A stretch of 64,000 bases of DNA from Bdellovibrionales bacterium. Its GTDB lineage: Bacteria > Bdellovibrionota > UBA1018 > CAIMNF01. The position numbers and the translations under genes are program-made. Where the stretch lies: NCBI GenBank assembly GCA_040380025.1, contig JBEIJY010000002.1, positions 104,239-168,238 of the forward strand, in the 5' to 3' direction. Under the pieces are notes generated by a model. The model was not told the DNA's origin and searched no databases. It saw nothing but the letters and a program-made list of their open reading frames with translations. Positions 55,658 to 64,000 of this stretch are shown here, piece after piece; the first letter of the stretch is position 1, and each line of letters starts with the position of its first letter.

Positions 55658-56146
55658 ATGAAACATGCGGCATTGCCAGAGATAGGAATCAGTCAAATCT
55701 TGGGACTGGTGGAGCTTTTGGTCGGCAAGGGAGGGCGCGAGGACATTTACAAGCTCGCAGGCGAGCTCTCGATGGAGCTCGGCGAGACCCTGGCGGTGAT
55801 CCGCGCGGCCGAGATGCTCGGACTCGTGCACACCCCGGGCGGAGACGTCGAGGTCGAGGAATTCGGCAACAAGGTGGTCGATGCCTCGATCACCGATCGA
55901 AAAGACCTGATCCGGGGAAAGCTCGAGCAATTCCCGCTCTTCAAGACGATCCATGATTACCTCGCGCGCGAGGAGGGCACCGAAGTCACCCGCGAAGAGA
56001 TGCTCGAAAAACTCGCCGAGCTGATTCCGAACGAGGATGCCGAGGCCTCGTTCAGCTCGATCGTGAGCTGGGGCCGGTATTCCGAGCTCTTCGGCTACAA
56101 TGACGACACCCAGACGTTCTACCTGGGCGAGAGCCGCGCCGACTGA
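55658..56146 (+). CDS. Stand-alone AAA-associated (AAA_assoc_C-like) domain protein of the ABC system
   Basis: GLVELL...EDIYKLA..L......AAEMLG......GD...IVSWGRYSELFGY; own SD GGAG. Confidence 0.75.
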   Translation: MKHAALPEIGISQILGLVELLVGKGGREDIYKLAGELSMELGETLAVIRAAEMLGLVHTPGGDVEVEEFGNKVVDASITDRKDLIRGKLEQFPLFKTIHDYLAREEGTEVTREEMLEKLAELIPNEDAEASFSSIVSWGRYSELFGYNDDTQTFYLGESRAD

Positions 56147-56152
56147 GCGGAA

Positions 56153-56197
56153 TCACCAATATGCGCATTACCAGTATGCGTATTACCAGTAAACAGT
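56153..56197 (-). repeat. Three imperfect 15-bp tandem units overlapping the stop of the giant gene
   Basis: TCACCAATATGCGCA / TTACCAGTATGCGTA / TTACCAGTAAACAGT. Confidence 0.7.
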
Positions 56198-59100
56198 AGG
56201 GTAGAAGTAGCTCGCGGACGGGCAGCTGTCCCAAGTACAGGCGGCTCCGTTTGTCGGAGCAACCCAAGAGGGTGTCCCGCTCGAAAAATTCGAGTCCCAA
56301 CCCGCATCGCTGAAGATCGCCGATGCCGGGTTCCGTAACGTCGCCGCCGTGGTTTGAGTCGCACTGGTGCCGGAACAGTTCACCGCACCCAAGGTGCCGG
56401 ATCCGGTGGCGGTCGCACCACCCGAGGTTCCCGCATGCAGATAGTACGAGCTCGTGTAGCAAACCGCGGTGTTGGTCAGTCCGGTCAGAAACCCGGTACT
56501 GCTCAGCCCTGTGACGGAACTCGCGGCGCTGTAGGAGTTTTTGACCTCAAGAGATGACGTCGAAGCCGTGGTTGTCATGCCGATGAATCCCGAGGTTTTT
56601 GAGTTCGCCGACAGGTTTCCGGCCACCGATGCGCCCGCCGCGAAACTCCGGTCGATTGTGACGATCCCTCCCGATACATACCCGATGAAGCCGCCAACAC
56701 CGCTCGCGGTGAGCGCCGTGGCGCTCGTTCCGCTGACCGATCCGCTCGACCAGCTTTGAATGATGTCGGAGGTGGCGGTATCCGAGGTCAGGACAATCCG
56801 GCCGACGAATCCCCCGATTTCTCCGGTTGCACCCAAGGCGGTCACCGTTCCGGTCGAATAGCTTTTTTCGATCGTGGTGTTTGCGCCGAGCTCTCCCGCA
56901 AATCCGCCCGAACCATAGCCAACCAGGTAGTGGCTGGCGGAATCGGTCCAGTTCCCGGTCGCAAACGATTTGTAGATATGGATTCCATCGCGCACGATGC
57001 CCGCAAAACCACCGTGGCCGGTTCCTACGGTCAAGCTGCTCGCGGTTTCGCTCGAGGTCACATTGCCTGTGGCATAGCAAGAATCGACCAAATGGCTCCC
57101 TGCCGCATCACCGGGGGCTCCGATCAGAAGCCCCACGAGTCCGCCGCAGGATGCGGCGGTGGTGCAGGACACATCGCCCGTGGCCCCGTTCTTCGAAAAG
57201 ATCCCCGAGGCCGGTGTCGGTGCCCACGAGAGTTGGCCGATCAGGCCCCCGATGCTGTTCGGGCCCGCAGCACCGGTCGAGGTCGAGGCGATTTTGACCG
57301 CGCCCGAGGCGTGATTCCGCGAGGCTTCGAATACGAGGCCCGCTCCCGCCGCGGTGTTCCCGACCTCGACTGCTCCGGCAAGGCCGCCGATGTTCGAGCT
57401 GGTCGAACCGCTGTCCATCCTGACTTCTCCGCGCACGATGTTCCGGTTCAGCGACAATGCCGAGTGCGAAGTCACGGTCTCGTTCACGATTCTTCCGATC
57501 AGGCCCCCATGGTACTGCGAAATCGTATTGTAGTTGTTCACCGAGCCGTTCGTCACGTTGTCCTCGAGCACCACGCTCTGACCCGCAGCCGTGACGCTGA
57601 TTCTACCGATGAGGCCACCCGTGTTGTGTTGGGTCGAGGCGATCGACCCCGAGAAGCTCATGTTGGTGAAGGAATTCGGGATCAGCGATCCGCTCGTTAC
57701 AGCAGTCGCTTGGGTCAGGAGAGCGCCAAGAATTCCACCGAATCCGGGATTGGTGGTCCCGCCTCCGGTCCAAAGAAGTCCGGTGCTGTGAACATGGTTG
57801 AAGTTGATTCCGCCGGTGATGATCGCGGTTGTAGAAATGCTGTATTGACCGAGAATTCCACCGCTCGCGAAGGTGGTGCCGGTGTTGTTCACCAAAAGGT
57901 CGAGCGTGCTGTAGGAATCGGTGATCGAAAGAGTGGTTCCGGCTCCGGGCACGTGAATCGAGTAATACCCCCCGATCCCGCTCGAGTTGGTCGAGAACTG
58001 GGTCGAGAAGGTTCCTGCGGTCATCACGTGGTCGATGATGGTGTTTCCGGTAAGGGCGGAAGAAACCAGTCCGAACAGGAACCCCGCCCTCGAGTTCCCC
58101 GACAAGGATCCCGAAAGATTCATGAAGCCCGATACGAAGAGGTCCGAGAACGTGAAGCCCGAACCCGAGATCCGGCTGTAGAGGGTTCCCATGCCCCACT
58201 GGCTGCCCGAATACAGAATCATCGAATGAACGAGATTCAGGTTCTTCAGGACCGTCGAAGAAAGTGAGGTGATCGCTCCCGGTGCCGAGAACAGCGGGCT
58301 TGCTCCGGGAGCGGTGGCTCCGCTCACGCCATAGCCTTGAATCATATATTGGTTTCCGTCCAGGTTCGCGCGGAATCCCGAAAGCGATGCCGGAGCCGAT
58401 CCCCACTCGAAATCGGCCATCAGCTTGAAGAAGAGCGTGCTCCCGTTGCACGATCCGCCCGAGCACCGAGTGGCGTGAACCATGTTCGCCCAGTGGGTCG
58501 AATTGCAAATCAGGTATGGTTTCGAGGCCGTGCCATCGCCGCCGCCGAAAGCGTAAATCTGCGCGGTCTGGCTCGCGGTTCCCGTCGCATTCTGAGTACC
58601 GCCGCTTTCGTTGATCAGGTTCAAGGTCGTCGCATTTGCGACAGTCACATAGGTTTTAGCAGGGATGTTCGCGCCTGCAATCGGCATTCCATTCGTGATC
58701 CCGGCGGTCGAGCTGACCGTCATGGTCGAGGTGCCGCTTGCGGTGACGACCCCGCTCGGGGTGATGGCGGCACCGGTATAGCAGCTCCCGGTGGAGTTAT
58801 AGAACGAAACCGCAGAGGTTCTGAGAATCGGGCTCGTGGTGGTATCGCTTGCGCTCGTGTTCAGGATTCGAATTTTTGCGACACTCTGGCTCCGGGGGTA
58901 GCCCGCACGATTGGTCACGAGTGAAACGCCGGACGCCGTGTAAGCCGCAGGCTTGCTCAAGGTGACGGTCGCGCCCGAAACCGTAATGCTCGTCCCGCCC
59001 TGGATTCCCGGGCCCGAGATGACTTGCCCGGTGGCAAGATCGGTATAGTCCGAAACACTCGAAAGAAGCGTGCTTCCCTCGGTGAGGTTGGCAGTAAAGG

Positions 59101-62002
59101 CGTGCGGAGCAATGCGCACGAAGAACGATTTGTTCGCCCCGCTCGAGGCCACAGGGATGCGAATCTCTTTTTCGGTCTCGTTCGCGTTGAAGGTCACGGC
59201 GTATTTGGTGGTGAGGTCGGCGATCCCCGTGCCACCGCCTCCGACCGTGGTGTTGTCCGCCATGTGGGTGTACTGAATCACGGGCGATCCGGTCGCATAG
59301 TCGGTGCCGCGGGCGCTATTTGAGCCCGGTTCCAAAAGAAGGTCGATCACTCTCACGGAGCTGTCTGAGGCGACTGCTCCGTTAAAAAACGGCCGCTGGA
59401 TCGTCACGGTGGCGTACGAGTCCCCCGTTCCGGGGCTTACCGTATAGAATGATTCCGAGAGCATGAAATCTCCTGCCCCTGCGTGACCGATCGTGGTCGA
59501 TCGGTAGGTCCGGTCGATCAGGTTCACTTGGGCTTGCTTGGCGGTTCCGACCACTCCGCAGGTGGTCGAATCGATGCGGGCGACAAAATACCGGTCGCCT
59601 CCCGTCCAGGGGCTGGTGCCCGAACCGCCGTTCACCCACTTGGTCGAAGCCCGGACATTGAAGATCGCAGGATCAACCTCCTTGATGCTCGAATTCATGG
59701 TGATCACATAAGAGCCGCTTCCGGTTTGATCTTCGACAAAGTGGTCTCCGAGGCTTCCCGTGAGCGTACTGAGCGAGTAGGTCTTGATCGTTACAGTGCA
59801 AGTCGGATCAGCATTGGTGAGGTTTGCGCCAATGCGTTTGGTGAGGTGGATCTTCGAGCCGATGGCCGTGGTATTGGCTGCGGCTACTGCGTTCGTTCCC
59901 GATGCCGCCGGAAGAATCGTGAAGCCGGTCCGGGCGTTGCCGTCCTTGTCGGCGAATCCCACCGCAATGCTCGGGGAGTACACAGTGCTCGCTTCGCTCG
60001 AGTACCCGCTCGTTCCGCCGATGTTCGAGGCCCGGACCACATAATACACCGTTCCTGCCGATGCCGTCGTGTCGGTGCAAGTCGGTGTCGAGATGCCGGA
60101 ACAGCTCGCAAGTGCGGCATAACCCGATCCCGAAGTCATCGATCGATATACAGTATACGACGAGGCATTCGCAGAGTCGTTCCAGGTGATCGTAATGCTC
60201 GAGGGCCCGCCTGTCGCCGTTACGCCTGTGGGGGCCAAGGGGGTATCCAGAACCAACAAAGAGACTTCGGGCAAGGCATCGAGCGATCCTGAAGAGTTGG
60301 TCGCCGTGACCATCACATAGTGATCCGTACCGGGGGTGAGCCCCGTCAGGGTGTACGGAGAAGCCGCTCCGGTTGCGGCAGTAGACGGGTAGGAGCCCGA
60401 AGAGATCCCGTAGGTCACGTTCGATCCGGTCGAGCCGGTACCAGAGGTCCATACCAAAAAGGCTTGTCCTGCGCCGGTCTGGGTAATCGAGCTGATCACA
60501 GGCCTCGTCATCGGAGTCGCGGTTCGGGTGTTCGATGAGGCAATCGAAGCGCCCGATCCCACGGTGTTGGTCGCGGTCACCCGAAAGGTATAGGCAGTTC
60601 CGGCGGTGAGAGAGCCGATCGTGGCTGAGGTCGAAGCAGTGGTGGTGGATCCCACCCCGGTCGCAGAGCCTCCTGTTCCCCAAGTGATCGTGTAATCGGA
60701 GGCTCCGGTTGCGGCTCCCCAGTTCAGCACCACGGCCTCGGGTCCACCTGCGTTCGAAACCACCGCAGAGGCGATCGAAAAAGACGAGATCGGCATGGCG
60801 CTGACTTCGGCCGAGAAGTCGCTCACTGCTCCTCCGCCCTCGGACCGTACTACATAATAGTATGTGATTCCGTTCAGGGCGGTTAGGTCGGTGCAAGCGG
60901 TGGCCCCGATCGAGGAACAAGACGGAAGAGCAGCATAGCCCGACCCCGAGGTGGTCGAGCGAAATACGGTGTAACTGGTTGCATCAGGAATCGAATTCCA
61001 AGCAAGTGCGACATTCGATGTTCCCGCCGTGGCGGTGAGTCCGGTAGGGGGAGCAGGTCCATTCTGGGTGGTCACATTGAGCTCGGAGCTTGCGGCCTGA
61101 AAACCATTCAGGGCATTGGAAGCCTCCACCATAAAATAATACGTGGTATTCGGGGTGAGTCCCGTCACGGTGGTGGGGCTGGTGGCGTTCGTCGTGAAGG
61201 TGATGGGATAGGAGCCCGAGGATGTGCCATAGCGAACGACATAGGCGGTCGCACCCGTTGCAGAGCCGAAGGATACAGTCACGGTGCCCGAGGTCGGGCT
61301 CACCCCCGAAATCGAGAATGCGCCCACCGGACGCACCACCGTCTCGACAGAGGAGTTCACTTCATTGCCGGGGCCAACCGTATTCACCCCCGTCACCCGA
61401 AGGTAGTACGTGGTCCCGGGAGTGAGTCCGGTGAGCGAGTAGGGACTCGTCGCGCTGGTACTCGCAGTAGAAGAATAGACCCCGGGGGCGGTTCCGTATT
61501 TCACGGTATAGGTGTCGGCACCGAGCGCGCTTCCGAAATTCAGGAGAGTTTGGGTTGCGGACGCGACCGCGCTCGAAACCGAGAAGGCCGCAATGGCTTT
61601 TCCGGAGACTTCATTGGAACTCGCCGCATCTCCCATGTTGTTCGAGGCCCGGACTTCATAAAAATAGGTCGTCCCGTTTGTGGCGGTCAGATCGGCGTAA
61701 CTGTTCGTGGTCGAGGTTCCGATCGGAGAGGCGTACTGGTAGGAACCCGAGGTCGTACTTCGAAAAATCTTGTATTTGCCCACCCGGTCGACCGAGTTCC
61801 ACGAGAGTAGAATTGCCGAAGAACCCGGTTGGACGGAGATCGTCGGAGCTTCGCTTGGAGCGGTCGCAAAAATCCCGAGTCCGACTTTTTGGGACGCACC
61901 CCCCAAGGGGTTCGAGCCGCAGGCGGCCAGAATCCAAGAAAAGATCAGCAGTTGGGCGGGCATCGTAGGAATGCCCAAGCTCGTTCGCCGCAGGTTGATC
62001 AC
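56183..62002 (-). CDS. Giant (1939 aa) surface lipoprotein with fibronectin type III repeats and GLUG-like C-terminal repeats
   Basis: Lipobox LAAC; about 7 FN3-like units (GLTPGTTYYLRV, YTVFRS); repeated GGLIG/GGFVG + ATGNV/STGTV; very S/T/G/A-rich. Confidence 0.85.
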   Translation of the reverse strand: MINLRRTSLGIPTMPAQLLIFSWILAACGSNPLGGASQKVGLGIFATAPSEAPTISVQPGSSAILLSWNSVDRVGKYKIFRSTTSGSYQYASPIGTSTTNSYADLTATNGTTYFYEVRASNNMGDAASSNEVSGKAIAAFSVSSAVASATQTLLNFGSALGADTYTVKYGTAPGVYSSTASTSATSPYSLTGLTPGTTYYLRVTGVNTVGPGNEVNSSVETVVRPVGAFSISGVSPTSGTVTVSFGSATGATAYVVRYGTSSGSYPITFTTNATSPTTVTGLTPNTTYYFMVEASNALNGFQAASSELNVTTQNGPAPPTGLTATAGTSNVALAWNSIPDATSYTVFRSTTSGSGYAALPSCSSIGATACTDLTALNGITYYYVVRSEGGGAVSDFSAEVSAMPISSFSIASAVVSNAGGPEAVVLNWGAATGASDYTITWGTGGSATGVGSTTTASTSATIGSLTAGTAYTFRVTATNTVGSGASIASSNTRTATPMTRPVISSITQTGAGQAFLVWTSGTGSTGSNVTYGISSGSYPSTAATGAASPYTLTGLTPGTDHYVMVTATNSSGSLDALPEVSLLVLDTPLAPTGVTATGGPSSITITWNDSANASSYTVYRSMTSGSGYAALASCSGISTPTCTDTTASAGTVYYVVRASNIGGTSGYSSEASTVYSPSIAVGFADKDGNARTGFTILPAASGTNAVAAANTTAIGSKIHLTKRIGANLTNADPTCTVTIKTYSLSTLTGSLGDHFVEDQTGSGSYVITMNSSIKEVDPAIFNVRASTKWVNGGSGTSPWTGGDRYFVARIDSTTCGVVGTAKQAQVNLIDRTYRSTTIGHAGAGDFMLSESFYTVSPGTGDSYATVTIQRPFFNGAVASDSSVRVIDLLLEPGSNSARGTDYATGSPVIQYTHMADNTTVGGGGTGIADLTTKYAVTFNANETEKEIRIPVASSGANKSFFVRIAPHAFTANLTEGSTLLSSVSDYTDLATGQVISGPGIQGGTSITVSGATVTLSKPAAYTASGVSLVTNRAGYPRSQSVAKIRILNTSASDTTTSPILRTSAVSFYNSTGSCYTGAAITPSGVVTASGTSTMTVSSTAGITNGMPIAGANIPAKTYVTVANATTLNLINESGGTQNATGTASQTAQIYAFGGGDGTASKPYLICNSTHWANMVHATRCSGGSCNGSTLFFKLMADFEWGSAPASLSGFRANLDGNQYMIQGYGVSGATAPGASPLFSAPGAITSLSSTVLKNLNLVHSMILYSGSQWGMGTLYSRISGSGFTFSDLFVSGFMNLSGSLSGNSRAGFLFGLVSSALTGNTIIDHVMTAGTFSTQFSTNSSGIGGYYSIHVPGAGTTLSITDSYSTLDLLVNNTGTTFASGGILGQYSISTTAIITGGINFNHVHSTGLLWTGGGTTNPGFGGILGALLTQATAVTSGSLIPNSFTNMSFSGSIASTQHNTGGLIGRISVTAAGQSVVLEDNVTNGSVNNYNTISQYHGGLIGRIVNETVTSHSALSLNRNIVRGEVRMDSGSTSSNIGGLAGAVEVGNTAAGAGLVFEASRNHASGAVKIASTSTGAAGPNSIGGLIGQLSWAPTPASGIFSKNGATGDVSCTTAASCGGLVGLLIGAPGDAAGSHLVDSCYATGNVTSSETASSLTVGTGHGGFAGIVRDGIHIYKSFATGNWTDSASHYLVGYGSGGFAGELGANTTIEKSYSTGTVTALGATGEIGGFVGRIVLTSDTATSDIIQSWSSGSVSGTSATALTASGVGGFIGYVSGGIVTIDRSFAAGASVAGNLSANSKTSGFIGMTTTASTSSLEVKNSYSAASSVTGLSSTGFLTGLTNTAVCYTSSYYLHAGTSGGATATGSGTLGAVNCSGTSATQTTAATLRNPASAIFSDAGWDSNFSSGTPSWVAPTNGAACTWDSCPSASYFYPTVYW

Positions 62003-62111
62003 CGCCTTTTTGCCTCTAAATAAATGATATCATTGTAAAAAATGAAATCACACTGTGTGCAGGCCGACACAGAGTCTCATCGGCGATGTGGTTGATTTTC
62101 TTAACGGTTTT

Positions 62112-62849
62112 TTAACCTCTTTCGTCCGGGCTCGGGCCAACGCCCTTTCGACCGGGGAAGCCGATTCGAATTTGAGCCCCGATTGAGGTTTCGGCCCGGG
62201 TGCCGGTGGAGGTGCTTAGGATTCCCAAGTCATAAAAAAACTGGACCTGGGTTCGGATCATTCCGCGAAGTTCGTAGCCCAAATAGGGAACTACCCGGAA
62301 TCCGGTCGAGACATCCGAAGAAACCGGCAGAACAAGCATTGAGGAAAGACCAAGCCGGATCACTTGCCGCTCGAGAACCAGCAGCTTGTAGGTGCCCTCG
62401 ATCGGAACTCCAAGATAATACGAGGTTTTTCCGATGAAGGTGTACCCGGACGACACATCGGTCAGGGCAATTTGGCTTCCTTCCAGGCCCAAGCCCAGGG
62501 TGAATTTTCGAAAGGGCATCTGGTATTGAACATCCCCCCCGAACAGCGAGAATGAGTTCGGAGACAGCGTGGTCGAGGAGGGCGTGTCGTAAGAGACCAG
62601 CTGATATTTTCCGCGGATCCGGAATTTATGGCCCTCTGGAGTCAGGTGCCAGAGCAGTTCGGGGTGAACCTGAAGATACCGAGAGGTCGGCAGATTGATC
62701 TCGGTTCCGTTTGGATCCTTTGTTTTTAAAGAAGAAAAGGCGGTTGTATACGAGATGCCCGGTTCAAACCAAGCGAAAGCCACGCTCGAGTTTGCCAGAA
62801 CCAGGGCGGTCAGGGGGAGAAACCATTTTTTGACGCGAAAAGCGATCAC
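62112..62849 (-). CDS. Putative outer-membrane beta-barrel protein
   Basis: Signal peptide AFA-W; alternating amphipathic strands rich in Y/F/G; last strand AQIRIGF followed by a short tail. Confidence 0.5.
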   Translation of the reverse strand: MIAFRVKKWFLPLTALVLANSSVAFAWFEPGISYTTAFSSLKTKDPNGTEINLPTSRYLQVHPELLWHLTPEGHKFRIRGKYQLVSYDTPSSTTLSPNSFSLFGGDVQYQMPFRKFTLGLGLEGSQIALTDVSSGYTFIGKTSYYLGVPIEGTYKLLVLERQVIRLGLSSMLVLPVSSDVSTGFRVVPYLGYELRGMIRTQVQFFYDLGILSTSTGTRAETSIGAQIRIGFPGRKGVGPSPDERG

Positions 62850-62882
62850 CCGTCAAAATCGTACCACCCCGTCAATATTCGC

Positions 62883-62910
62883 TCACTAATTTTTGACGGT
62901 CGGCCGATAA
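62883..62910 (+). promoter_or_regulatory. Putative sigma28 promoter of flagellin
   Basis: Perfect -10 GCCGATAA (62903-62910); weak -35 (TCAC, 16-nt spacer). Confidence 0.55.
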
Positions 62911-62994
62911 AAGACGAGACGGGGTAAATCCCGAGGAAGGAGTGTGTCTTCGAAGACCGGCAATGGGGCCGCTTCGGGGACAGCGAAAAACAGA

Positions 62995-63831
62995 ATGTCG
63001 GTACGGATCCATACCAACATCGCATCGTTGAGCGCAGTCCGCGTATTCGAGAAGAATCGCGCGGAAGAGGAGAAGTCTGCGCTTCACCTTGCCTCCGGCT
63101 CCCGAATCGACCGCGCGGCGGACGATGCGGCCGGGCTTTCTGTTGCCTCGCAAATGAGCGCACGCAATCATTCCTCGCAAGTAGCACTCCGAAACAGCCA
63201 GGACGCGATCTCACTCATTCAGGTGGCAGAAGGTGCTGTTTCGACGATCGGAGACATCGTCACCCGCTTCAGGGAACTTGCCATCCAGGCCGCCTCGGAC
63301 ACGGTCGATGCCAAGGGGCGGAGCCTGTTGAACCGTGAGGTCTTCAAGCTCGGACAAGAGATCGACCGGATCGCGAAAACCACCGAATTCAACGGCACAC
63401 GGCTCCTCGATGGAGGCGGAAGCTGGCCCGTGCTCGAGATCCAGACCGGGGTCGAGGATTCCACCTCGCACCGTCTGGAATTGGATCGCCGTCACTTCAA
63501 TGTGACCTTGGAGCATCTCGGATTGTACAAGGTCGACTTCTCGACCAAAGAGAACGCGCGCGAATTCCTGGAAGACATCGACACCGCGATTGCCGTGGTT
63601 GCGAAGAAACGCGCCAACATCGGAGCGCTCTCGAATCAGCTGAACTCGATCATCAACAACGGCAGGACCTCGCTCGATCAGCATGAGACGGCGAAGAGCC
63701 GGATCCTCGATGCCGATCTGGCCCACGAAACGGCGGCGAAGAGCCGAGCGCAGATTCTGGCCGAGAGCGCGACCGCCGTACTCGCCCAAGCGAACTCGAA
63801 CGCGAAGGTCGCCCTCAAGCTCGTCGGGTGA
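62995..63831 (+). CDS. fliC: Flagellin (short, 278 aa, little D2/D3)
   Basis: RIHTNIASL, LASGSRIDRAADDAAGL, NSQDAISLIQVAEG, RANIGA, SRILDADLA, VLAQAN. Confidence 0.93.
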   Translation: MSVRIHTNIASLSAVRVFEKNRAEEEKSALHLASGSRIDRAADDAAGLSVASQMSARNHSSQVALRNSQDAISLIQVAEGAVSTIGDIVTRFRELAIQAASDTVDAKGRSLLNREVFKLGQEIDRIAKTTEFNGTRLLDGGGSWPVLEIQTGVEDSTSHRLELDRRHFNVTLEHLGLYKVDFSTKENAREFLEDIDTAIAVVAKKRANIGALSNQLNSIINNGRTSLDQHETAKSRILDADLAHETAAKSRAQILAESATAVLAQANSNAKVALKLVG

Positions 63832-63853
63832 CCCAAAAAACCGCTCACGCTCA

Positions 63854-64000
63854 AAACTGCCCCCTTTCGATGTGCTTTTGCGCCCTGCGAGTGCGCCCAA
63901 GGGGTGGGAATGATTTAGTTTTAGCCTCCGAGCCGGGTCCTCCGGCCTCGCTTTCGCCATCCTGGCTCGCGAGAGTCGGCAAAAACTAAATCATTCCCAC
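63854..64000 (-). repeat. Fold-back element copy 3 (right arm truncated by the window end)
   Basis: AAACTGCCCCCTTTCGATGTGCTT terminus; core identical to copy 2; GTGGGAATGATTTAGTTTTA / AAAAACTAAATCATTCCCAC arms. Confidence 0.88.

Noticed and set aside
62044..62100. Weak hairpins between the barrel and giant lipoprotein genes
   Set aside because: Short, imperfect stems with no recognisable riboswitch or terminator signature
6924..64000. Repeats as a CRISPR array or retron msr-msd
   Set aside because: Copies are dispersed rather than arrayed with spacers; no cas or reverse transcriptase gene in the window

Overview
Mostly core chromosome of a GC-rich Gram-negative bacterium. The gene content (short flagellin, alpha2-type GlyRS, PilZ membrane protein, many orphan secreted proteins) suggests Bdellovibrionota/Oligoflexia, by inference only. 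Housekeeping content: rsgA, tadA, ampG, galE, mce, rhomboid, trxB, an envelope cluster (lolC/E, lolD, bamA, skp, lpxD, fabZ, lpxA, lpxB::lpxK, DUF3108, waaF-like, GT4), glyQS, alaS, ssb, ribD, pal, cpoB, tsaD, rsmA, smpB, rpoZ, proC, lon, a NitT/TauT-type ABC transporter and a flagellin. Accessory genes are interspersed: SbtA, an AAA+/DUF4143 ATPase, a RoxA-like dihaem cytochrome, an FGE-sulfatase-domain protein, and a 1939-aa FN3/GLUG-like lipoprotein next to a putative beta-barrel. The most notable unexplained signal is a dispersed ~200-bp fold-back element (6924-7128, 10255-10451, 63854-window end, plus two core-less short forms at 5301-5347 and 47057-47121). It has conserved ~25-bp termini, a nearly invariant ~57-nt branched core, and arms that diverge between copies yet stay self-complementary within each copy. 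Other highlights: an LpxB-LpxK fusion, a candidate sigma28-driven structured small RNA, apparently widespread leaderless genes, an unannotated 59-aa ORF, and in-frame tandem copies of the last codons of the giant surface gene. No rRNA, tRNA, CRISPR array, transposase, integrase or reverse transcriptase was recognised.
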